From NCBI RefSeq assembly GCF_009914755.1, contig NC_060944.1: a DNA stretch of 64,000 bases; one strand, 5' to 3'. The notes under the pieces are model-generated. The model worked only from the letters and a program-made list of their open reading frames with translations, searched no databases and was not told the origin of the DNA. Positions within the stretch are counted from its first letter, which is position 1; every line of letters begins with the position of its first letter. Source of the stretch: the human T2T-CHM13v2.0 reference genome, Homo sapiens. Below, piece by piece: positions 26,985-39,379 of the stretch. Position numbers and translations under genes: made by a program.

Positions 26985-29900
26985 TTGCCATCTCTCTAGT
27001 CACTCAAGCCAGAAACCTTGGAATTCTCCCAACCGGTCTCTGCCTCATTCCTGCTCCCTCTACACCCAACCAGGCCCTGCCATCTCCACCATCTAAACAT
27101 TCATCACATAATTCCCTGGGATTATTCCTATTCATGCTCCCCACCTCCAGCCTCACCCTCTCTAATCCATTCTCCTCCCCACAGCCAGGATGATCCTTCT
27201 AAAGCATGCATTTGAACATGTCACTCTCTTTACTGAAGACTTGATTAGCTCTTTACTGCTGCCAAATTCTACCTATCAAAGCCTTTCTACTTTCTACTCC
27301 AGATATTCCACCTTCATCACCACCGCCAAATCACTACTGTGGCACCTAAACTATGTTCTGGGCAGAGTGAACTATTTAGCTTTTCTTAAACAAATCATGG
27401 CTTTTCATGCATTTGAAAATGCAACTCAAACTTACAGGAATGTTTCCCAAGACCTAGATATCTGTTATCAGTTAAAGCTAGACTGCAAACTCACCTGCAT
27501 GCCTAGAGGACTATCTACTTGTACATCTTTCTATCTCTGTTATTGGATATCCCCAAAGATAACACAAACCATTTATTGTTCAATGACTTTGTTGGTGAAA
27601 ACAACAACGATGATGCTAAAAGATAAATCAAGCATACAGATTGCTTAATGGAAAAAGTTATTTATAGTCAGCCTTCTGTATCCAAGAGTCCCATATCCAC
27701 AGATTCAACGAACCTCTGACCAAAAATATTTGAAAATTAATTAATTAAAAATAACAAGACATCAATAAAAATGACACAAATAGAAAAACAACATAGTGTA
27801 ACAACTATTTTGTACTTAACATTGTATTAAGTATTATAAGTAATCTAGAGATGATTTATAGTATACAGGAGGATGCGGGCAGCTTATATGCAAATAGCTA
27901 CACCATTTTATGTAAGAAATTTGAGCATCCTCAGATTTGACATCTGAAAGGGATCCTGGAACCATTCCCCCATGGATACCAAGGGACAACTCCCTACTCA
28001 CCCTTGTTAGTTCTGGAAAATAGTTACAGTGGTACTAGGGCAAGCAATTGATGACAGAATTATAGAGTCCTTCTGGGCGTAAGACATTTGTTATTCATCT
28101 GAGCCCATAGATGAAAACTTGAGAGCCACTGACCGCCACTATCATCTGGAACCAGCCCTCAGTACCTCTCCAGTGGGCAACTGCAACATCCTTCTCACTG
28201 GACTCCTCACTTCTACTCTTCACCTTTCAACAATCCGTTCTACACATGGTAACTAGAGTGATCCTTTTAGGTAACAAATCAGGGCAGATCACCTTCATGC
28301 TCTAAAACCTGCAGTACTTCCCCAATGCACTGAGAGCAAACTCTTCCATAGCCTACAAAGTCCTACACAATCTGCCCCTGTGGCCTCCACAGTCTCATCT
28401 ATCACTCTCCCCGTCACTTGCTGAACCAACACCCTGGACTTCTTTCTATTCCTCAAAAATGCATTCACAGGACCCACACGTGGCTGATCCCACAGCTGCC
28501 CCCAATCACCATCTGGACTTTTGCATAACTGTCTGGCTCCACCAGGTCCCCCTCAAATGTGACCCCTCAGAGAGCCCTTCCCCAATGTCATTGAAAACTA
28601 ACACTGTTTGCAAGTTTGTTTCCTTGACTATTGCCTACCTCCCCAACTGGAGTGCAATCTCCATGAGACCTGAGACCCAAGCTTACTCTCTGTACATCTT
28701 CAACATCCAAAACAGTATACTCAATAAAAGTTGGCTAAAGGAATCAATAAACAAATGAACGACACTACTAACAATTATGAAAGAAAGATAGGTAAGTACT
28801 TAATCAGAATAAAGATAAATGCCACCTCTAACTCAATAGAACCCGCCTACCACCTCTACACAGGTGAGAGAAACCCCTCCCAGCTCCAGGCTCAGAGGCC
28901 TCTCGAGAGAATATGTTGTCTTAGGGCTCAGGTGAAGCCCTTTCAAGCTGGCTTTTCATTATATCTCTTTAACCACGGTGATAAGTAGAGCCAGGTTCCC
29001 CTCTTATTGGTAGGACCAAATTTTCTCACTCAAAAACTTTACTATGAAAGAAATGGAACTCAGGTGCCTTAACTATGGCCTGATCAAAACTTGACAACAA
29101 AGAAATAAAGCAGCTTAAATGAGTTCTGGAATTGGCTCTCTAAAGACCCCAGCATGGGAGAGATGCACACATATATCTAATGCCCACCAGCAGCTACACT
29201 TGCATGTCCCACAGGGTCTGAGACTCACTGGGTACAAGGCAGGTTCATTATCTGGGTACAAGGCAGGTTCATTATCTTCCTCCCTACACCCACCCAACTT
29301 CTCCCTTTGTCAGTGTCACTGATGTCTCTGAGTAGCCAACATCTTCCAGTTACCAAACCAGAAACCTAGAAGTCTCCGTGGACAATTCCCTTTGCCTCAA
29401 GTCCCACATCCTCCTCATCCTCCCCTCTAAGCCCATGTTCTGGTTCCCATCTCCATACTCCCACTGTGTCCAAACAGTCATTATTGTCTGCCCCCTAGAC
29501 AATCACATTTGTCTCATTGCTGGTCTCCCCACATCTACTCAGACATCCTTCATTCTCCCCGCAGCAGCCAGAACAATATTTTAAAAACTAATAATAAGCA
29601 TGTCCTACAGCTTCTTAAGTGCCTGCTATGCCTTCCATTTTTCTTAGAATAGAGGGTAAACCCTCACCTTAGCCTGTAAAGCCCCATATAGTCTACCACT
29701 GCCCATCTGTTCAGCCTGGCTCACACTCTGTGGTCCTCCAACTTCCATGTCCTCACCCTAAGGGCCTCCTTTTAGTTCTAATTCTCTTTTTTAGTTCCAA
29801 CTCTCTTTACAAAGACTTTGCACATACTGGTTACTTTGTATGAAACCATCTCCCACTACCAACCATGAGCCACCTTCTTGTCCATTCTTCAGATCCCTGC

Positions 29901-30152
29901 TCAGTTTTACTTCCATGGGAAAGTCTTCCCTGGCCATCCGGTCTAGGACAAGTCTCCAAAGAATGATAGTTTTTCCTTTAAAACACTTATATCTGTTTAT
30001 AATTATGGATTCTTGGCATAACTATATGACTATAAACTCCAGAGGGCAGAGACTTGTCTCCCTTTGTGCTGCTTTGTATGCCCAATGCTTAGCACAGTAC
30101 CTGGCACAGGATAGATGCTGAAAACAATGAACGAGTGAATGCATGAATGAAT
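26985..30152 (+). mobile_element. Series of L2 fragments (about 26985-27560, 28130-28760, 29110-30152)
   Basis: ctcaagccagaaaccttggaa; cacagccaggatgatccttctaaa; ends gcacagtacctggcacag...gaatgcatgaatgaat. Confidence 0.75.
27664..27992 (+). mobile_element. Tigger3/MER7-like Tc1-mariner MITE
   Basis: agtcagccttctgtatcc...gattcaac...gtattataagtaatctagagatgattta...ccatggataccaagggacaact. Confidence 0.88.
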
Positions 30153-30608
30153 CAAGGAACTAGGAACAGCTATTCTGTGGAGTTCAGCTCACCCTCCAGC
30201 AGCTGGCCAAAGTCCCATATTTAGCAATCCTCATGAGAGATGGGAGGGGTAGATAAGCTAGGAGTGAAAAGTGGAAGAAATAAACTGAGTCGTTGAAAGA
30301 TTAAGAACCCCATGCTGAATCTGCCCTTGTTTCCATGTAACTTGCAAGAACCCACTGTAATTTACATATTTCTGCACGAACATAGCGTGTAACTGACTCC
30401 CAATCCCTTCTAGATGGATGACACATTTACTGTCTCTCTTTGGGAATTTTATGTTGCATCCTGGATTCCTTAGAAATTGGCGGAGAGAGGTGGGAAGCAA
30501 GGATAGGTAAAACAAACGGGGTTTGCCATTGTCAATATGCCAAAGAGAAGAGACCTGGTAAGATCTAAGGGATGTTCCCAGACACTCACTTTAATCATCA
30601 TTCCTATG

Positions 30609-30609
<1 letters not shown>

Positions 30610-30649
<40 letters not shown>
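30610..30649 (+). repeat. (AC)20 microsatellite
   Basis: Perfect dinucleotide run. Confidence 0.97.
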
Positions 30650-30651
<2 letters not shown>

Positions 30652-31074
30652 TTGCTATGAGAAAGAAGCAAATCATTCAGACCACTAAAGCAAATGGTCC
30701 TGAATTACCTATCAGCCAGCTGATATAGTGGCAGTTTTCACCACATACCAGGCACCCTGCTAGGTGCTGAGAATGCAACAGAGAACGGGCCTCTAGGCCC
30801 AGAGCCTGTGCCCATGGACTACAGAGTGGTGGGGGCTGTAACTTTGAACAGGCTCACACTGTGGTGTAAACAAAGCTGAGATGGAAGTGCAGGGGCCAGG
30901 GCAGCACAGAGAAGGGGCACCTGACCTGGCCTTGGAGGTCAGCCACGACGTGCCAGAGGAACTGAGAGCAAAGCTGCATCGCAATAACCCCTCCGAGCCT
31001 CGACTTCCTCATATGTAAAGTGGAGACAGTGAGTCCCACTTCCCAAGGGGCTTAAGAGTATCTGATTCAAAATC

Positions 31075-31290
31075 ATAATCGCTGGCTAATACTTAATGAT
31101 CACCTATTTTGTACCAGCCATTGGGCTAAGCACATCTTGTGCATTAGCTCATCAACTCTTCATCACAACTCTAGAAAGTAGATACAAATATCCCCACGTT
31201 ACCAATGAATAAACTAAGGTTTAGGGAGATGAAGACACCTACCCAAGTCGCTGGCAACCCGGGTCTGCCTGACAACACGCTTTGAGGCAC
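31075..31290 (-). mobile_element. MIR
   Basis: aatacttaatgatcacctatt...gctaagcac...aaactaaggtttagg. Confidence 0.7.
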
Positions 31291-32477
31291 AGCACTTCAC
31301 CACCTCCCTTATGTAATCATGACAAGTTCTCAGCCCAAAATAAACCTTTAGTGAATTTCAGTTTCTTTTCTCCCTTCGTCCCCTCCTCTCCTTTCTCCAT
31401 AGAGGAAACAAAACAACAAAGATCCCAGAGTGCTGTGACTCGAGCCGGTTTCCCTGGATTTCATGAAGCCACTTTTTCTGTATAAATATAGTCTTTGAAA
31501 GGACCTAGAAGGGGAAATCAGAATATTGAGAATTATTCCCACCTTAATAATAATAAGTCAAATTGGTGAGTCCAACTGAGGCCTCAACCTTAACCCAGGG
31601 GAGGTCCTGGGGCAGATGGCTCTAGGCTCTGCTTCCTCTGGGGCTGGAGGTTACTAAGTTTAAAGCCTGGTTGCCAACAGATCTCAACAATGAAGTCCAG
31701 AAATTAGTAAAGCCTACAAAGTGCTCAGAACACAACCTCCCTGCAGTCCCCCATGGCTTGTGTTCTATAAGATGCAGATCCAGCTGCTGCTCTGCTGGCC
31801 CATCCTGAGGACTTGGCACCATCCCACCCAGGAATGTATCACTTCACTGGCCCAGCCCTGCCTTCCCCTCTTCCACCCATGCCCAGCTCATTCACTGTAT
31901 TTCAAGGCTTGACCTCATAGAAAATGTATGTATTCACCCATTTTATTTATTCTTTCACTCATTATCAGGGTCCTACTATCATGCATGCATTTGTGGATTC
32001 CCCATTGTGCTGATATTCTGAGTACGTTTGCAGATAAAATTGGAGGAGGAGATCTGCCTCCTGGCCAGTTGCCGCATTGCTCACTTGACTGAGAGCATGT
32101 GTCTCCAGCTGTCAGTCAGGCTCCTCCCTGCGCTTGATTCCAAAGCTGCAGAGGTCAGAGTTATAGGACTGGGAGGCTTAAGACACTGGGATGGTGGCCC
32201 TGCCTTCTCCAGCTCAGCTCAGCTCAGCTCAGCTAAGAACAATCAAGGTCAGGTCAGCTCCCAGATCAACCCAAGGACCCTTGGGAGACTCTGCCCCCAA
32301 CAGGTAAGGGCTCAGAGAACATTGCTTGTTCTCTTGCACAGGCAGCAAGGCTGGGTAGTTACTGGGCTAAAGGGAGCCCTGGACTCCTGAGATACCTCTA
32401 AGAATCAATCCCCAGACCATACTCTTTGTCCTGACCTACATGCTCAGTTGACCTGACCTTTTAGTCTCCAGCAAAGT

Positions 32478-32948
32478 AATGGTGTGCACATGGAGTCAGC
32501 CAAACTTGGGACCATAGCCTAACTCTGTCATCTTCTAGTTTGGTGAATTTGGACAAATCGCTTTATGCATCTAATCCTCAGTTTCCCCATCTGTAAAATA
32601 GGGATGGTAATAATAATTGTAGTACCTGCTTCACAGGCTTAGTTTGATGATTAAATGAAATAATCACACAAAGAGAGTTTTACCCAAAGTTTCTCAACTT
32701 CAAAACTATTGACATTTCAGTCCAGATAATTTTTGGTTGTATGGAGTATCCTGTGCTTTGTAGGACACTTAGCAGGATCTCTGGCCCCTATCTTCTATAG
32801 GCCAGCAGCCCACCTCCTGCTCAGTTGTGACAACTCAGTGTCTCCAGATATTTCTCAAAATCTCCTGACATCAGCCCTGCTTGAGAACCACTGGTTAACC
32901 TAATGCCAGAAAAATAACAAGTTCAATTAATGTTAGCTATTATTATTA
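32478..32948 (+). mobile_element. MIR split by MER20
   Basis: cctcagtttccccatctgtaaaataggg...tgattaaatgaaataat | MER20 | aatgttagctattatt. Confidence 0.8.
32685..32893 (+). mobile_element. MER20 hAT MITE
   Basis: tttctcaac...actattgacattt...ccagataatt...gttgtgacaac...tgtctccagata...ttgagaaccactg. Confidence 0.88.
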
Positions 32949-35554
32949 TTGCCCACTGGAACCCAGTCTGCTTGGATGGTCTCTGGCCCTGTCCAGCCCT
33001 CACCAGCTCCATAGCCTAAGGCTTATCCTCAACCACAATTTTCTATGTACTAGGAGGACCCTGATTCAAGGTATTTGGAATTATGGCACAGTCAATAGCC
33101 TGACAATGACTAGAAATGTATCTATGCCATACAAGATCTGTCTCCCTGGGAATATAAAGGAAAGAATTGGAGGAGGACAGGAGAATCAGGGAGACAGTTT
33201 CCCAAAGCAATTTAGGGCTCAGAAAGAGAATGAAAATTGGTGTTGAAAGTACTAAAGAGCATAAGGAAAATGATAGCATTCAACCAATGTAATAAGACAT
33301 AAAAGAAATAGAGATGATAATATACTATTGGTACTGTCAACATGGCACTCAGAACCCATGATGGTAGATGTGTTCTGAAGACCAAATGTGTTTATGGATG
33401 TAAAAGTGCCTAGCCCATGACCTGGCAAATTGTAGACCCTCAATAAAGGTCATATAAAACTATCATTCAGGTTGACATTTTTTGTCAGGGAGAATACTGG
33501 ACCAGATGGAATTGGCTCAGCATTCTACGTCAGAGGTGGGAGCGATCATTGAGACAATGTGACCCAGCTCCTTCATTTTACAGCTGAAGACATTTACATG
33601 GAGAGAGGAGAAGTAGATTGGGAAAAATCACACAGTATGTAAATGCCAAAAACTAAAATTAGAACTAGGTTTTCCAGACTCTACAGGTGGCTACAGTGCA
33701 CATAGATATACACACGTAGATGGCTCTGTCCTAAGACCAGCACACTTGAGTTACCTGAGAGTCAGACTCAGCAGCTGAATAAAATCATGAGCAGGTGCAT
33801 CTGAGTAATGTGGTATTGTGCTACTCCCTGCCTTCTGGCCTTGGCATCCCCCAAACAGTCATCCTAACCCTCTTGACTCTGCTACCCTGTGTTCCTGGCC
33901 TCGCTTCCATTTTTATGCCTCTTTCTTCTCTCTACTCTCCTCTCCAAAAAACCCTGTATCAGACTCATCTGATCCCATGAGAGTAGCCAGATTCCTCCTC
34001 ATTTGGTTTAGCATCTCCTTCCTGACAACAACTAACTTGCACTGGATATGTACTATGTGCTAAGAATTGAATATGCATTACCTATCTATATAATAACAGT
34101 CACTACTATTATCTCCATTTTATAGATAATGAAACTAAGCCTCAGTTTCATGTACAGGAAAGGAGAGGCAGAGTGTTAATAAGTAGAATTAAAAGAGACT
34201 AACATATCAAAACACTAACTAGGGGGAAACATGATTTTCCTAGAGTAATAGGTAGATGTGGTTGAATTTCTAAAGAGAATGAACTAGTTTAGTCTGAAGT
34301 CCAGGGGGAAGTGGCAGCTGGCGAAGTCTCCCAGAATTGTGTTTTTCCTTCATGTCTGGTAAATATGGGATCACCAAGTGGATGGGGAATGGGAGGGTAG
34401 TGATGCTGGGCTTCTTGGTCAATGGGATTCACAGCCATGCAATGACATCTCCCTCTCTGCGGCCTCCAGTCCACCCAGAGGTCTGTATAGCCAGACTCTC
34501 ATTTGTCCTCACCTGTTTCCTAAATCACAGGTGGGGTAGGGACTACAGGGCTCCATCTGTCTTGACGCCCGACCTCCAGCTCCTGATCCACTTCTGACTA
34601 ATCCATCTGTGGAGCCATCCAAGACTATGACCCACTTCCCACAGTGCTCCTCCCCAGACAAGCTTCCCTGTGGACGGTCTTGTGCCCTAGTGTTCCTGCA
34701 GCCTGCGGGCACAAGCACCGCCTGTTCTGGACAGCTCCGCCCAGCCCAGCCCTCACCTGGGTGTTGTCCTGGACTCCACCCTCCCCTTCCCCATCTCAGC
34801 CCAAGACTTCTGGCTCCATCTGCTCTGGCCTAGAAATGTCTCTCTCACTTGGGCCTTTGTAACAGCTGCTTTTCTCAATCAAATTTCTTGTCCCTGATAT
34901 ACTTACCTCTCAAAAATGCAAATATGTTAATATCAGGTTATTGCTTAAACACCTGCTGTGTATTCCCATTTCTTCTAGGATAAAACCCAAGCCCCATGGA
35001 TTGAGGGTCCCACCCTGAAGCTGAATCTATCAGACTAGGATTTCTTCTGCCAGGTGAGTCTAGGGAAGATGATGTTGCTTAAAGTCAAACACTAGGGCTT
35101 TGAGACATTTGGCCTTATGCTCAGCAACCTTTAGATGGTAGAATCTTACATCTAAAAACGACCCTAAATCAACCTGTCCCCATGCACACTAGCTCTTTTC
35201 CTGATCGCCACCAGTGACGAGGCACTCACGATGTAGTGAGACAGCCCATTCTGCTGTGTAAAGAACTTTCTTATCACAGGATCCTAGACTCTCAGATTTG
35301 TAACACACTCAGAAGGTGTTATTCTTCCACCCAGTGGAAACACTTCTCTGCAATAAATGAGCAAATAACCTGATCAATTTTCTTGAAATATCCACACTGT
35401 GATGTAATTGTGTTCTGGAATCCAAATGCAGGCTTTTGCCTCTTTCCCACATAAATATCTTCCACCATAAAAAATATGTTTGGTTTCTGGATTATACCAA
35501 TGTGGTACTCCTCTCAGTTGTTTTCCAGTCAGAAGTTTCACCCACTTGCCCAAG

Positions 35555-35790
35555 GGTGCAGACTCTAGAGACAGTTACAGATAGTCTAAGTTAAAATATC
35601 ATCTCTGCCATTTGCAAGCTGTGGAAACTTGGTTGAGTTACCTAATTTCTTTAAACCTCAGATTCCCCATCTGTAAAGATGATACCTACCTCCTTTAGCT
35701 ATTATGGGGACTAAATAAGATATTATATAAGCTGCTAAGCACAGCATCTGGCACATATAAGTGATCAATAAATGTTATTTTTTATTATTT
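35555..35790 (+). mobile_element. MIR
   Basis: cctcagattccccatctgtaaa...gcacagcatctggcacatataagtgatcaataaatgtt. Confidence 0.8.
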
Positions 35791-36092
35791 AAAGTGAAAC
35801 TTTTCTCTATGATGTCAGTGATGGCTTTCGAACATTTTTTCCTAGAATCCCAATATTCAAAATAGATGCAGTATGGCTCTGATGGCAGCATGGGCGGGCA
35901 TCCCAGGGTCCCATTGCCTCTGCCTTTCCTGTCCCTATTTCCTCTTCTTCATGGCACCCCTGTGCCATGAAGGGGTGAGACACCCCTATGGAACCTTAGG
36001 ACTCTTCCCAGTATAGTTTGAAAATAAATGAGATATAAATAAATAAATAAAATGTCATACCAGGAAAAGGCAATTGCAGAAACACAGGAATA

Positions 36093-36584
36093 TGTATTAC
36101 TTTCCTATTGCTTCTGTCACAAACTTAATGGCTTAAAAATACACAAATTATTATCTTACAGTTTTGTAGATCAGATGCTCAATGAAGATCTCACTAGGCT
36201 AAAATCCAGGTGTCAGCAGGGCTGTGTTCCTTCTGGAGGCTCTAGGGGAGATCTCTTTTCTTGTTTTATTCAAGTCCTAGAAGCTACCCACATTCCTTGG
36301 CTCACAGCCCCGTTCCTCCATCTTCAAAACCAGTAATACGGCATGTCTCAGACCCCCCTCGCCAACTCTCTCTTCCACCTCCTTCTCCTACTTATAAGGA
36401 CCCATGTAATTATATTGGTCCCACCCAGATAATCCAGAATAAGTTCCCTATTTTAAGGACAGCTGGTTAACACATTAATTCCATCGGCAACCTAATTCCC
36501 CTTCTTGTGTAACCTTACATAACACATTCACATTTCTGAGGATTAGGACAAAGACGTCTTTGGAGAATCTTTCTGCCTGCCATA
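36093..36584 (-). mobile_element. MaLR LTR (MLT1D/E-like)
   Basis: tgtattactttcctattgc...ggtgtcagcagggctgtgttccttctggaggctctagggga...cccacccagataatccag...ttctgcctgccata. Confidence 0.85.
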
Positions 36585-36799
36585 GCAGTCACTAGAGAGG
36601 TCCTTAGAGACCAGCCTGGAAAAATTACTCAACATTTGGAGACATAAACGTCCTATTCACCTCGCTACAATAGTTTGCAGCCCACTATTCTTCATCTTGT
36701 TCTTAATTTTAACATGAGGATCTTTGACAAATCTTGCTACAGTCAAGATACTCTGTCTGGCATTACCCAGACTTACCAGATATGACCATCCTTTCAGGG

Positions 36800-37420
36800 A
36801 GATTTGTTGCAAGCAACAGAAAATGACTGGCTAGTTTAGGCATAGAAGGCATTTGATAAAAGGTTATTTTGAACCTTGCAAAGCCTCTGGAGGGATGGAG
36901 AACCAGTGAGAGATCAGGCAGCCAAGAACAGCCCCCCAAGTTATATGGTAGAACCCATCTGGGCAGAAATTGTTGCTAGTGTCCCTCAAAACCCACTGGC
37001 ATAGACAGAGGATTCTGCCTTGAGTGTTGCTACTACCATCACCCCTAGAAATTCAATTGATAGGTTTGATTCTTCACCTACAGTCACTGCTCTTTGGCAT
37101 TTCTTAAACCCAACTTGAAGTCATAGGTGGCTGCCTCTATGTTATGTCTTTGTGGTTTCCCTGTCAGTCTTATTTGAAAAACTTGGAGGGAGAGGTACGT
37201 CAGAAGAGGACTGAAAATTCTACATGTTCCATTTCCCAGCCTCTCTGGCCAGAGAACTCTGGCAGATGCTCTGAAACCTTGAACACCTGCCAGAGTCCTG
37301 CCAGAGAGGCTGGGAAATGGAGCACGTGACATTTTCTGTTTTATGGTAAAAGATGGGCTCCACATCTCACCAAGATCCATTAAGGGGCAAGTTCCCCTAT
37401 ATAAGTCCAAATGGTGGAGA
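36800..37420 (-). mobile_element. Ancient MaLR LTR (MLT1K/L/N-like)
   Basis: tgttgcaagcaacagaaa...tggctagttta...ggagaaccag. Confidence 0.55.
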
Positions 37421-39379
37421 CATAATTATGATAATAGCAAATATCTACAGCACCAGCCTAGGAAGCTTATTTTTTAAAAGAGAAATAAGGACATTTTGGA
37501 ATTACTAGTTCTTGGTGAATCTATCATGGCTCTTATTCCTACTGATCCCTACTTCTCTTTCTAAATACACATAACCCATATACCACTTAAGTAATCATTT
37601 CTAGTTCTTTGCCAGAAACTGGCCTGAACCCACAATTTCTAGAATCCAGGTTTTAAAGATCAAGATAAGACATGCCCATCCCTAGTCTTCTGGCATCCCT
37701 CTCCCTCCCCATTTTTCAAATAAGGCTGACAGGGATTCCACAAAGAATTGTGCAAGTCTTTTCAGAACCCTGGGCTATAATTCATATAGAACTGAAGAGC
37801 TGAATTAATTAAGAGCAGTGAGGTGTTTGCATCTCTCCTATCTCTTATCTTGAGTTTCAATCTTTCCAGATTAAAGGCCATTTGCCTTGATGAATTGAGC
37901 AGCTTGGTGATCTCTCTGATTACTCTCAACATTACACCGTCATGCCCATGCTGTGGACTCTCCTGTTCCCACGATGTATCTCCAAACAGTGCAATAAAAA
38001 TCCTTATTTTTATTTTTAGTGGTTTTTCAAAAGCCTTCACTCTTCTTGAGCCTAGGCTTTCTGACATGATTCTTATAAACATGGGTCATTTCTCCTGGGG
38101 TTTTGCTGTATTCGCTTTCTTAATATTTGTGTCTGTAACACCCACACCCATCAGAGATGATGCTATGGAGTCACATTGCTTTCTAGTTCACTCATCTCTG
38201 GACTATACAATGGAAGGAACATGGATGTTGAGATCAGATTTAGAGTACTTGAATCCTACCTATATCTCTTACTAGCAGTGTGAGCCTTATCTCTAAAATT
38301 AAGGTAATAATTCCTGCTCACTCTTACAGAGCTTCACAACTGGATATCTTTGCGGCAGTACCTTGTGGGCATGCTTTTATTGAGGTTTTCTTGGGTTTTT
38401 TCCCTTTAGTAAACATACAGTTTTACCCGTTTGTCGAAACTCCTGTTTTCACATCCCTTAAAAGCAGATGGACAGAAAGCTACCAAATTTAGAGGGTTCT
38501 TTGAGATAACCCAACATAAAATACCTGTGTGTGTGACATATATATGAATATATATGTCTTGTATATTTGTTCTGTTTCTCTGGAGAATCCTAATAACATC
38601 TCTTTGTGTACTTTATTTTCACATATACTGATTCTGGCTAGTTTTATATGCCCCACTATGAGAAAAAAGTATCAATGCTATATTTACTCATGATGCCATG
38701 GCACTTCAGAACCTGTTTGTTCGGGAACAATATATATTTCCATGCCTATGCAGTTCCCTAGTAGCATTTTTTAATGCCAGTTACATCATTACTCACAATG
38801 CTGCATCATCTGCTGTGCCACCTATGAATACTGGCTTCCAGTGACTCAAGAAGTTGTTACTAAGCTTCATTGATTAAGACTACAAATGCAAGTCTTACTC
38901 AGAATATGTAGGAAAATGTGAATGATAATTCATTTTTCACTTATGTCAAATTTGCCACTCAGAATTTTACACATAGAAAAAATGTATCTTCCAACCATGT
39001 CTGGAACTCTCTGGTCTACAATCACTGCATTTTTAGAATGTGATCTCTTTCAGTGTTGACCACATTACTGTCTTTCATTCACAGGCATCAGTGGGAGCAC
39101 AGGTGGGGGCTTATGGAAGAAGTAAGAAGAGTGGCTTTATTTACACAAGAAATATCTACCCCTTGCCACATGGCTTACGATCAACCCAGAAGGCCACATT
39201 ACACATCAGATGTGTAATAGGGCATTGCAAAATAGGGCATTGGTGAGAAGGATTCATTGGCCCATCTCAAAAGCCCTTGGAGTAGATAGTCATGGCCACC
39301 TCTGGCAGCCATCCTGACATGTATTAAGGAGCCCATTCAGTGGGGTAAGGTGACTGCCTTGGGTGTCAGCAGTGAAAGT

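Larger units (their letters stand above)
35130..38200 (-). mobile_element. Fragmented CR1/L3 LINE (pieces near 35130-35500, 36600-36795, 37440-38200) with MIR and MLT1 insertions
   Basis: Minus-strand translations ESLSALFEK, MPED* (37685-37696), FTKN (37508-37519), LVSLGNA, YLDCSK (36733-36750) resemble CR1 RT EPLSIIFEK, VPEDW, GFTKN, GNAVD, YLDFSK; L3-like 3' piece ccagtgac...cactcac...cagcccattc. Confidence 0.7.

Noticed and set aside
29228-29277. Direct repeat as a CRISPR-like array
   Set aside because: Two abutting copies, no spacers, eukaryotic context
32211-32234. (AGCTC)n, the reverse complement of the Ig switch pentamer GAGCT
   Set aside because: Fewer than five units; real switch regions span kilobases
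37762-38275. 150-aa and 106-aa ORFs
   Set aside because: Lie within or antisense to the decayed CR1/L3; no recognisable host protein
38488-38600. Possible head-to-head MLT2 ends forming a hairpin
   Set aside because: Only the right half (gttctgtttctctggagaatcctaata) convincingly matches MLT2
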